Shown: positions 55,890 through 64,000 of the stretch, piece by piece
Position numbering within the stretch: the stretch's first letter is position 1
Layout: every line of letters begins with the position of its first letter
DNA from: an uncultured bacterium
Lineage (GTDB): Bacteria; Auribacterota; Erginobacteria; Erginobacterales; Erginobacteraceae
Assembly: GCA_963822585.1 (NCBI GenBank)
Contig: CAWGIE010000019.1
Location: forward strand, 288,001 to 352,000
Length of the DNA: 64,000 bases
Reading direction: 5' to 3'
The notes under the pieces: model-generated
Told to the model about the DNA's origin: nothing
Databases searched by the model: none
What the model saw: the letters and a program-made list of their open reading frames with translations, nothing else
Position numbers and translations under genes: made by a program

Positions 55890-56975
55890 ATGAAGAAAAA
55901 TATATTCGTTGTCATAATGGTTATGCTGGCCGGAGGCTGGCTGGCCTGTGGATGCGGAGAAAAGGCGTCGGAAAAGACCACGCCGGCAAATGAGCCCGGA
56001 CAAGCCCGGATTCAGACAGTGGCGCCGGATGCGATCGTGGTGACCGTCAACGGCAAAGAGATCACGGGAGCGAGCTTCAACCAGCAATTGAGCGCCCTGC
56101 TCCAGCAATATTCTCTCCGGATTCCGCCCGATCAGCTGACTAAAATGCAGCCGATGCTCCGCCAGCAGGCAGTGGCAACCCTGGTCAATCAGGAGCTTAT
56201 GTTGGAAGATGCGGAGCGGGAGGGGATCGTGCCGGATGAAAAAGCCGTTGATGCTGAGATCGAGAAGATTGTGGAGCAATTTCCGAGTCGGGAGGAACTG
56301 GATGCCCAGATGAAACGCGCCGGCGTTACCATGGATAATCTCCGGCAGGACATCACCCGCAATTTGAAGATCCAGATGCTGGTTGACAAACTATTTTCCC
56401 CGGACACTAAAGCGACCGATGAAGAGATTCTCGCCTTCTATAATGATAATCCGGATCAGTTTCAGCAGCCCGAGCAAGTCGAGGCCAGCCATATCTTGAT
56501 CAAGGTCGAGCCGGAGGATACCGACGCACAGAAAGCGGAAAAGCGTGAGCAGCTGGCCGCCCTTCAGCAACAGATCGCCGGGGGCGCCGACTTTGCCGCG
56601 CTGGCCGAAGCCAACTCACAGGATGTCGGAAGCGCTCAGAAAGGAGGTTCACTGGGATATTTCGGTCGCGGGATGATGATCAAGCCGTTTGAAGACACGG
56701 CCTTCGCCCTGCAGTCGGGAGAGGTCAGCGATATCGTGGAAACCCGCTTCGGCTATCACCTGATCAAGGTCACCGGAAAGAAAGAAGCCGGTATCGTTCC
56801 CCTCGAAGAAGTAAAGGAACAGGTCGGTGTCTTTCTGGTCAATCAGAAGAGACAGCAGGCCATCGGTGAATTTCTCAAAAAGCTCCATGAAGGGGCGTCG
56901 ATCGAATACGGCCAGGACTTTCAGCCGGTAATGCCGCCCACGGGGCAGTTTCCGCCGCCCCAGCCGTCGGAATAG
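55890..56975 (+). CDS. PrsA/SurA-like parvulin peptidylprolyl isomerase (lipoprotein)
   Basis: ASHILIK, GGSLGYF and ETRFGYHLIK. Confidence 0.92.
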   Translation: MKKNIFVVIMVMLAGGWLACGCGEKASEKTTPANEPGQARIQTVAPDAIVVTVNGKEITGASFNQQLSALLQQYSLRIPPDQLTKMQPMLRQQAVATLVNQELMLEDAEREGIVPDEKAVDAEIEKIVEQFPSREELDAQMKRAGVTMDNLRQDITRNLKIQMLVDKLFSPDTKATDEEILAFYNDNPDQFQQPEQVEASHILIKVEPEDTDAQKAEKREQLAALQQQIAGGADFAALAEANSQDVGSAQKGGSLGYFGRGMMIKPFEDTAFALQSGEVSDIVETRFGYHLIKVTGKKEAGIVPLEEVKEQVGVFLVNQKRQQAIGEFLKKLHEGASIEYGQDFQPVMPPTGQFPPPQPSE

Positions 56976-57003
56976 GACTGGACGATTAAGGGCGAAATAA
57001 TTG

Positions 57004-57049
57004 AAAGACTTCTCGTTCCCGCGTGAAACGCGGGAACGAGAAGTCTTTT
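57004..57049. terminator. Long perfect hairpin terminator
   Basis: AAAGACTTCTCGTTCCCGCGT-GAA-ACGCGGGAACGAGAAGTCTTT followed by T. Confidence 0.8.
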
Positions 57050-57167
57050 ATTATAAATCTGGTCCCTTAACGACATTTAGCCTGATATCCTTCGCGTGGA
57101 TAAAAACAACTTCCCGAGTTATTTTTTCGCCGCCGATTAAGACTTCGGGGCGGAGAGAAAAAATAAG

Positions 57168-58496
57168 ATGAAAAATCGGAAGGCTGAAATACTCCTGAAA
57201 AAGATCGATGACCGTACCTCTCGTGTCGGAGTGATCGGGCTCGGGTACGTGGGACTCCCGCTGGCGATCGAGTTCTCCCGGGCTGGATTTCCGGTCACCG
57301 GATTCGATCTCGATGAAACCAAGGTGAGAAAGATCATCGCCGGCAAAAGTTATATCAAGCATATTTCGGACAATGCCGTCCGGGAACTCACCGGACACGG
57401 CAGCCCTCCCGCGACCACCGATTTCAACCTGCTTCGGAAGATGGACTGCATCCTGATCTGCGTGCCTACGCCCCTGACCAGCCATCAGGAGCCGGACATG
57501 ACCTATATCGAGGCCACCGTGGCCGTGATCGCCCGGCAGCTCCGTTCCGGGCAGCTCATTGTTCTTGAGAGTACCACCTACCCCGGCACCACCCGGGAGG
57601 TGGTAGCGCCGCCCCTGGAAAGGAAAGGCTTCACCGCGGGAAAAGATTTTTTCCTGGCTTTCTCGCCCGAACGGGAAGACCCGGGGAATCCCCATTTCTC
57701 CACCAGCTCCATCCCCAAGGTCGTGGGAGGGGTGAACCGTAATTCGCTCCAACTCGCCCGGGCCCTGTACGGAACCATTGTTCCGGCCACGATACCGGTT
57801 TCCAGCCCTGACGCGGCCGAGGCCACCAAACTGCTGGAGAATATCTACCGGTCAATCAACATCGCCCTCGTCAACGAGCTGAAGATAGTTTTTGAGAAGA
57901 TGGGTATCGATATCTGGGAGGTCATCGAGGCGGCCTCTTCCAAGCCGTTCGGGTATTCCCCTTTCTACCCCGGTCCGGGACTGGGTGGCCACTGCATCCC
58001 CATCGATCCCTTCTATCTCACCTGGCGGGCACGGGAGTTCGATATCCCCACCCGTTTCATCCAGTTGGCCGGAGAGATCAATACCGCGATGCCCGGACGG
58101 GTGATCGATCGGCTGGTCGAGGCACTGAATGAAGCGGGAAAAAGCCTCCGGGGCAGTCGGATTCTCCTGCTGGGGGTCGCTTATAAAAATGACGTCGATG
58201 ACATGCGCGAATCGCCCGCGCTTCGCCTGATAGAGCTTCTGTTGGAAGGCGGGGCGGTGGTGGAATATCATGACCCCTATGTCCCTGTCCTCCCCCTGAC
58301 CCGAAAATACCGGTACCGGATGAAATCGGTACCCCTGACGGCCGCCCGGCTGCAAAAAGCCGAGGCGGTTCTCATCGCTACCGCTCATACCGCTGTCGAT
58401 TACCGTCAGATCGGACGGCATGCCTCCCTCATCGTCGATACCCGGAATGCCATGGCCCAGGTGGGGCGTGTGAACGCCCGCGTCGTCCGGGCCTGA
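57168..58496 (+). CDS. UDP-N-acetylhexosamine dehydrogenase (WbpA/WecC-like)
   Basis: GLGYVGLP, LESTTYPGTT, FSPER and GGHCIPIDP. Confidence 0.93.
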   Translation: MKNRKAEILLKKIDDRTSRVGVIGLGYVGLPLAIEFSRAGFPVTGFDLDETKVRKIIAGKSYIKHISDNAVRELTGHGSPPATTDFNLLRKMDCILICVPTPLTSHQEPDMTYIEATVAVIARQLRSGQLIVLESTTYPGTTREVVAPPLERKGFTAGKDFFLAFSPEREDPGNPHFSTSSIPKVVGGVNRNSLQLARALYGTIVPATIPVSSPDAAEATKLLENIYRSINIALVNELKIVFEKMGIDIWEVIEAASSKPFGYSPFYPGPGLGGHCIPIDPFYLTWRAREFDIPTRFIQLAGEINTAMPGRVIDRLVEALNEAGKSLRGSRILLLGVAYKNDVDDMRESPALRLIELLLEGGAVVEYHDPYVPVLPLTRKYRYRMKSVPLTAARLQKAEAVLIATAHTAVDYRQIGRHASLIVDTRNAMAQVGRVNARVVRA

Positions 58497-59073
58497 ATCG
58501 TTTTGTCGTTGTCTTTTTAAGGTTGCACCTTCGCTGTTCATCTCGTTGACCTTCTCTCCGCTTTTCTTTTTCCGCCCGGCGCTACTCACCGGAAGGGAAA
58601 AGAAAAAAATGGACCGTCCGATTTTTTCCCGATAGTATTAACCCGATTTATTCACAAATCGATTTACCACTCTGGCCGTATATCGGTAGTGACAGATGGC
58701 TCCTGCAGTGAGGTATACCTTTTGCGACGTCGCCTTCTGGAAGTAATTTTGGTTTAAGCAACAGCCCCCGGTTGCTTCAATCGGAGGGCTCCCCTAAATG
58801 AGCGAGCGCAGCTCGCTCATTTACTGCTTCGGAATTAAAGCCTGAGGCTGATGCGCCTCTGGCACACAATAATCTTATTTTTTTCTACCCCGATTACTGC
58901 TTCGGGGGAGGCCGAAAAAATAAGCATGTGCAAGCATTGAACCGCCAATGCTGGGATATTTTAAAGAAAATTCGTGTAATCCTTCGGCTACGCTCAGGAC
59001 AAGTTTCGCGTAATTCGTAGTTTTATTTAGTCGCCCGAGCGAAGCGAGGGCTAAGTTCCAAAGGAGGAGACTG

Positions 59074-60405
59074 ATGAAGCTATTTCCGGCAGCAGCACTT
59101 CTGGTCTTGGTATCAGCCGCGACCGCAGCCCCGGGGGAAGAGACGGTCACCCGCGAGGAGTTCGAGAAACTCAAGGCGGAATTGGCCGAACTGAAAACCA
59201 AAGTGGAACCCGTCGTGACCGCACACACCCCAACGGAAAAACTTACCGACGAGAATATGATATTCGGTGAATACTGGCAGGACGGTCTGCACTTCGCGAG
59301 CAAAGATGGAGCCTTCGACATCCGGATTGGAGGGAGGATCAATGTCGACGGCGCTTTCTTCGGCAGCGACGAAGGGATGAAAGAGGCGGCAGCCGACATC
59401 CCGGACAACGATTCCTTTGAGGGTGGATGGGAGCTTCGGCATCCCCGGATCTACTTAAAAGGCACTCTTTATGAACGTTTCATCTATAAGGTCGAGTATA
59501 CCTTTTCCGACGAAACCATCGGCGATGCCTATCTCGGAGCAGCGGAGGTGCCGGTCCTGGGAACGGTCATTATCGGCAAAGCCGCCCGGGCTTTCGGTCT
59601 TGATCCGGGTCCCAGCAGTAATTACACACTCTTCATGGAATATGCCAATACGATCGTTTTCGGAGCCGGGAAGCAGGTAGGCCTGGCGGCGGGGGCACCG
59701 GTCTTCGACAGCCGCGCTTCCTGGGCGGCTCAGGTGTTCCAGTTCGGGGACGGAAAAGGGTTGCGGACCGAGGACAACTACAACCTGAATCTTCGGCTCA
59801 CCGGACTCCCCTGGTATCGGGAGGGGGGACGCGAGATGCTGCATCTCGGTATCAGCTACAGCTTCTGGTCTTCCAAAGACGATTACCAGCTCCGCGCCCA
59901 GCCGGAGAACCACCTTGCTCCCTACCTGGTCGATACCGGTGATATCGATATGGAATACGCCAATAACTCTGCCCTCGAAGCGGCCTGGGTGACGGGACCG
60001 TTCACGCTGGAAGGAGAGTGGTACGCGTCTGTGGTGGAACGGGAAGAGGATCTTTCCAGCCTCTTATTTTCCGGATTTTACGTCCAGAGTAGTTTCTTCC
60101 TGACCGGTGAGTCACGGGGGGAACAATACGTTACCTCCTATGGAGAGTTTGACTCCCCCGTCCGCCCCCGCCTGAACGCCGATTTTAAAAAGGGGGGTTG
60201 GGGCGCCTGGGAGCTGGCGGCCCGGTACTCCTATCTTGATCTTACTGATGATGACATCCGGGGCGGTTGCCTCGGAGACCTGACTCTGGGGCTGAACTGG
60301 CAGCTCAACCCCAACCTGCGCTGGATGCTGAACTATATTCACGCCCACCGGAATGGTTTTGGGGATGCGGACATTGCGGCGACGCGGTTTGCCGTGAATA
60401 TATAG
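59074..60405 (+). CDS. OprO/OprP-family porin
   Basis: Signal peptide, coiled coil, SFFLTGE, GAWELAARYS and TLGLNW. Confidence 0.88.
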   Translation: MKLFPAAALLVLVSAATAAPGEETVTREEFEKLKAELAELKTKVEPVVTAHTPTEKLTDENMIFGEYWQDGLHFASKDGAFDIRIGGRINVDGAFFGSDEGMKEAAADIPDNDSFEGGWELRHPRIYLKGTLYERFIYKVEYTFSDETIGDAYLGAAEVPVLGTVIIGKAARAFGLDPGPSSNYTLFMEYANTIVFGAGKQVGLAAGAPVFDSRASWAAQVFQFGDGKGLRTEDNYNLNLRLTGLPWYREGGREMLHLGISYSFWSSKDDYQLRAQPENHLAPYLVDTGDIDMEYANNSALEAAWVTGPFTLEGEWYASVVEREEDLSSLLFSGFYVQSSFFLTGESRGEQYVTSYGEFDSPVRPRLNADFKKGGWGAWELAARYSYLDLTDDDIRGGCLGDLTLGLNWQLNPNLRWMLNYIHAHRNGFGDADIAATRFAVNI

Positions 60406-60564
60406 AGAATAGGGAGGAAATCGGGGTTCCCTGTAGAAAGATGGAATAATGGAGTGATGGAATATTGGAGTAATGGATCGAGGCCGGCGGCTCTTCAATA
60501 CTCCATCACTCCACCACTCCATCACTCCATTATGCATGACCTATCAGAAAAAGGATCGGACCGA

Positions 60565-61203
60565 TTGAAAACCTCATTTTCGAATCTTCATCTTATAGAC
60601 CATCCGCTGATCCGGCAGAAACTCTACTTCCTGCGGGCGAAGACAACCAGCAGCCTGAATTTCCGGGCCATAATCAATGAGGTCGCCGCCCTGATGGTGT
60701 ACGAGGTGACCCGGGACCTCCCGGTCGAGGAACGGCCGGTGGAGACTCCTTTGGAAGCCACAACCGGGTACATCTTGGCCCGGCCGGTTACCCTGGTTCC
60801 CATCCTTCGGGCCGGACTGGGCATGTGTGACGGCATCCTGTCTCTTATTCCCAACGCCCGGGTTGGCCATATCGGCATCTACCGTGACCACAAGACCTTT
60901 CAGCCCATCCGGTATTACCTGAAGTTCCCCCCCGACATCGCCGAGACGATGGTGTTTATCATCGATCCGATGCTGGCCACCGGCGGTAGCGCCGCCGCCG
61001 CGATAGATTATGTGAAGGATGCCGGCGCCGACTCGATCAGCTTCGTCTGCCTGGTGGCAGCTCCCGAGGGGGTCCGTCTCCTGGAGGAGAGACACCCTAA
61101 TGTTCCCGTCTACACGGCGGCGCTCGACCGCCAGCTGAACAAGGCCGCCTATATCCTGCCCGGCCTCGGTGACGCCGGCGACCGGATCTACGGGACCCAG
61201 TAA
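60565..61203 (+). CDS. upp: Uracil phosphoribosyltransferase
   Basis: HPLI, VPILRAGLGM, DPMLATGGS and PGLGDAGDR; TTG start inferred. Confidence 0.96.
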   Translation: MKTSFSNLHLIDHPLIRQKLYFLRAKTTSSLNFRAIINEVAALMVYEVTRDLPVEERPVETPLEATTGYILARPVTLVPILRAGLGMCDGILSLIPNARVGHIGIYRDHKTFQPIRYYLKFPPDIAETMVFIIDPMLATGGSAAAAIDYVKDAGADSISFVCLVAAPEGVRLLEERHPNVPVYTAALDRQLNKAAYILPGLGDAGDRIYGTQ

Positions 61204-61516
61204 ATCAATTAATAAAGGAAACACAAAAGATTAACCGATCACCGCCGGGTTTACCCCGGCGGGATCATGACTGATGACTAAACAGGAACTGCATACCCCT
61301 CCGCCCCTTCACGCGGGGGGAGAAGATTGGAACGGCGTGAAAAATATATCGCATTATACCGGCTAATTAAGGTATATGATTCTTGCATATCCCCCGTATC
61401 GGTGCTTGTATAGAATCAGAATTTCGAAGAGCCGGGGAATAATATAGCCTGAAACACCGCTGAATCAGAGCAACCTTACTGTCGCGGAACATGCACTATC
61501 GGAGAAAGATGCACCT

Positions 61517-62506
61517 ATGATACTGACCGGCTTTAAAGGACGATCGTTGCTTACCCTCAGGGAGTTCTCACCGGAAGAGATCGAAACCCTCCTCCGGTTC
61601 TCCATCGGTTTAAAAGAGGAGAAGGCGGCCGGAACGCGGAAACTGAGATTGGAAGGGAAAAATATCGCCCTCATTTTCGAGAAGCCGTCCACCCGGACCC
61701 GCTGCGCGTTCGTCGTGGCGGCCAGCGATGAGGGCGCCCACCCGGAGTACCTGGGAAAGGGAGACATCCAGCTCGGGAAAAAGGAGACCGTCAAGGACAC
61801 CGCCCGGGTCCTGGGAAGACTCTTTGACGGCATCCAGTTCCGCGGTTTCAAGCACGAGACCGTCGAGGAACTGGCCCGGTTTTCCGGGGTACCGGTCTGG
61901 AACGGCCTGACCGATCGTTTTCACCCCACCCAGGCGCTGGCCGACCTGATGACCATCCTCGAGCGGAAGGGAAAACTGCGGGGAGTCGGATTAGCGTATG
62001 TCGGCGACGGGCGGAACAACGTGGCGAACTCCCTGATGCTGGCCGCGGCCAAGATGGGGATGGACTTCAGAATCGTCGCCCCGGAGTCTCTCTTCCCCGG
62101 AGAAGATCTTGCCGGGGAAGCCCGGCAGGCGGCCGAGGAGCGGGGCGGAACCGTTACCGTCACCGCGGATATCGCCGAAGGGGTCGGCGGGGCCGAGGTA
62201 ATCTACACCGATGTCTGGGCTTCCATGGGTGAAGAAGACGCGATCAGGGAACGGATCCGTCTCCTCGCCCCCTACCGCGTCGACAGCCGGCTCATGGAGA
62301 TGACCGGTCGCCCTGACGCCCTTTTCTTGCACTGCCTGCCCTGCTTTCACAATACCGATACCGACCTCTCCCGTGAACACCCGGACATCTGTGAAGCGAC
62401 CGATGATGTCTTTGAAAGTCCCGGTTCCGTCGTCTTCGACCAGGCGGAGAATCGGATGCACACCATCAAAGCGGTCATGGTAGCCACACTGACGGGTATG
62501 GACTAA
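61517..62506 (+). CDS. argF: Ornithine carbamoyltransferase
   Basis: STRTR, HPTQ, DVWASMG and HCLP. Confidence 0.95.
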   Translation: MILTGFKGRSLLTLREFSPEEIETLLRFSIGLKEEKAAGTRKLRLEGKNIALIFEKPSTRTRCAFVVAASDEGAHPEYLGKGDIQLGKKETVKDTARVLGRLFDGIQFRGFKHETVEELARFSGVPVWNGLTDRFHPTQALADLMTILERKGKLRGVGLAYVGDGRNNVANSLMLAAAKMGMDFRIVAPESLFPGEDLAGEARQAAEERGGTVTVTADIAEGVGGAEVIYTDVWASMGEEDAIRERIRLLAPYRVDSRLMEMTGRPDALFLHCLPCFHNTDTDLSREHPDICEATDDVFESPGSVVFDQAENRMHTIKAVMVATLTGMD

Positions 62507-62586
62507 AGCCGCTTGGGGAGCCGCTCATCGATCGGATCGACTGCGGCATCCCCTTATCAACGGGATTTTTCAGCAGCGGGGGTATT

Positions 62587-63903
62587 ATGGATAGGGTGCC
62601 GATAACCGGCTTACCCCACGAGAGGCTCTGTCTTCTCATTGTCTTCTTTTTTATTGTGTCATCCCGCCTCATCCACGCCGACACACCTTCTCCCCCTTCT
62701 TCCCCTCTCGATACTTTTGTAGACGGTATGTTCCAGGCCAAGTTCCGCACCTATTATATCAACCGGAAATTCGACAAGATCGGGGGAGAACCCGAACGCC
62801 GGATCCAGGAAAGCCTGGCGGCCGGCGGCTGGCTGGGATACGAGACGGCGGATTTTCACGGTCTCGGCCTGGGCACTGTGATCTACACCTCCCAGGGGGT
62901 CCTGGTCAACAACCCCAACTTCGGCGGCGGCGGCATCCTGGGTCCGGATAACGAAAGCTACAGCGCGCTCGGCCAGGCCTACCTCCAGTACCGTCTCGCC
63001 GGCTCCACCTTCCGGCTCTACCGCCAGGGTATCAATACCCCTTTTATCAACGACTATGATACCAAGATGACGCCCCGCACCTGGGAGGCGTACACCCTCT
63101 ATAACCGCGATATCCCGGACCTCGCGCTGACGGCCTCTTTTATCCGCCAGATCAAGGGCTGGTACGATACGGACTTTCAGTATATGGGCGAGTTCATCAA
63201 CAATGATGGGACCTATCAGGTGACCAAGTCCAATATCCCGGTATCTCTGGCCGGTGGGGTCTGGACACCGTGCGAAAATTACACATTCCAGCTCTGGGAT
63301 TACTTCGCTTATGAGTATTTTAACGGTGTTTATCTACAGGGAAATTCCTCCTGGCCGCTTACGGAGGACGGGCTATCCCTGGGCCTGTCACTCCAGGGAT
63401 GGACGCAGCGCTCCGTGGGGGAAGAAGTCGGGGGGGATTTCAGTACCTGTTTCGGCGGCGGAGAGATCGGCCTGGGCTGGAAAGGATGGACGCTCTGCCT
63501 GATTTATACCGTCACCGATCGCAGTTACCGGGTCGTCAACCCCTGGGGGAACTCCTTCAGCCTTGGCTCCATCTTCGAGGAGGATTTCGACTATGCCGGC
63601 GAGGAGGCTTTTATCGTGGGGCTGGAATACGATTTCTCGGAAGCTCTACTCGACGGACTGACTGCGTCCGTTTATGCCTGCAACGGCGACACCCCGCAAT
63701 CCGGGCCCGGGGCGACGCCCAGTCAGAAAGAATATGATTTTTTTATCAAGTACCGCCCTGATCCCGACATCGAAGGCCTGCATCTGAAGATTGAGGGGGC
63801 GATCGTCGATACTGAACAGTCCTTCCCCGAGGGCGAGGACTATCATGATATCCGTTTCATCTTCAATTATGACTTCGGCTTCGGTATCAAACCGAACAGT
63901 TGA
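62587..63903 (+). CDS. OprD-family outer-membrane porin
   Basis: Signal peptide, RTYYINR, LGQAYLQY, RQGINTPF and DIRFIFNY. Confidence 0.8.
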   Translation: MDRVPITGLPHERLCLLIVFFFIVSSRLIHADTPSPPSSPLDTFVDGMFQAKFRTYYINRKFDKIGGEPERRIQESLAAGGWLGYETADFHGLGLGTVIYTSQGVLVNNPNFGGGGILGPDNESYSALGQAYLQYRLAGSTFRLYRQGINTPFINDYDTKMTPRTWEAYTLYNRDIPDLALTASFIRQIKGWYDTDFQYMGEFINNDGTYQVTKSNIPVSLAGGVWTPCENYTFQLWDYFAYEYFNGVYLQGNSSWPLTEDGLSLGLSLQGWTQRSVGEEVGGDFSTCFGGGEIGLGWKGWTLCLIYTVTDRSYRVVNPWGNSFSLGSIFEEDFDYAGEEAFIVGLEYDFSEALLDGLTASVYACNGDTPQSGPGATPSQKEYDFFIKYRPDPDIEGLHLKIEGAIVDTEQSFPEGEDYHDIRFIFNYDFGFGIKPNS

Positions 63904-63926
63904 TCAACAGACATTAATCCCTTAAA

Positions 63927-63953
63927 ACCACGAAGGACACGAAGAACACGAAG
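63927..63953 (+). repeat. ACCACGAAG left arm (partner may lie beyond the window)
   Basis: Exact 27-nt arm. Confidence 0.85.
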
Positions 63954-64000
63954 AAGAACATTATTAATTTTCTTGACACATAAATCGTATTATCGCAATA

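Noticed and set aside
58660..58830. Riboswitch upstream of the OprO/P porin and upp
   Set aside because: Hairpins are present, but I recognise no aptamer consensus, and much of the region consists of repeat-family units.

Overview
A 64 kb bacterial chromosomal window with GC-rich genes and AT-rich intergenic spaces. A PVC-related or candidate-phylum origin is a weak inference from protein style. In order, the genes are: an AaeXAB-like efflux operon, a GH13 glycosidase, two tandem cold-shock genes, and a minus-strand cluster (TIGR04283/TIGR04282-like transferases, zwf, TVP38, DUF547, flavin disulfide reductase, FNR-like reductase, PHP-kinase fusion). These are followed by TrmH, mscL, an Mla/Pqi-like ABC operon, an AbiEi/AbiEii pair, a GGDEF protein, mscS, glnA-gltB-gltD, a group II intron, a 2412-aa C25 (gingipain-like) protease with three near-identical LamG repeats, a VWA protein, a PPIase, a nucleotide-sugar dehydrogenase, two porins, upp and argF. 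The most striking signals are non-coding. (1) A dispersed family of 9-mer inverted-repeat arms (ACCACGAAGGACACGAAG...CTTCGTGTCCTTCGTGGT) has many empty copies and one copy enclosing a GxxExxY nuclease-fold gene inside the mla operon, which looks like an autonomous/non-autonomous mobile system. (2) Nested 7-, 8- and 9-mer repeat cassettes and 25-31 nt micro-inserts occur throughout, and one 9-mer arm hosts the group II intron. (3) A conserved, covarying attenuator-like RNA leader precedes both cold-shock genes. All family calls come from motif recognition by eye; no searches were run.
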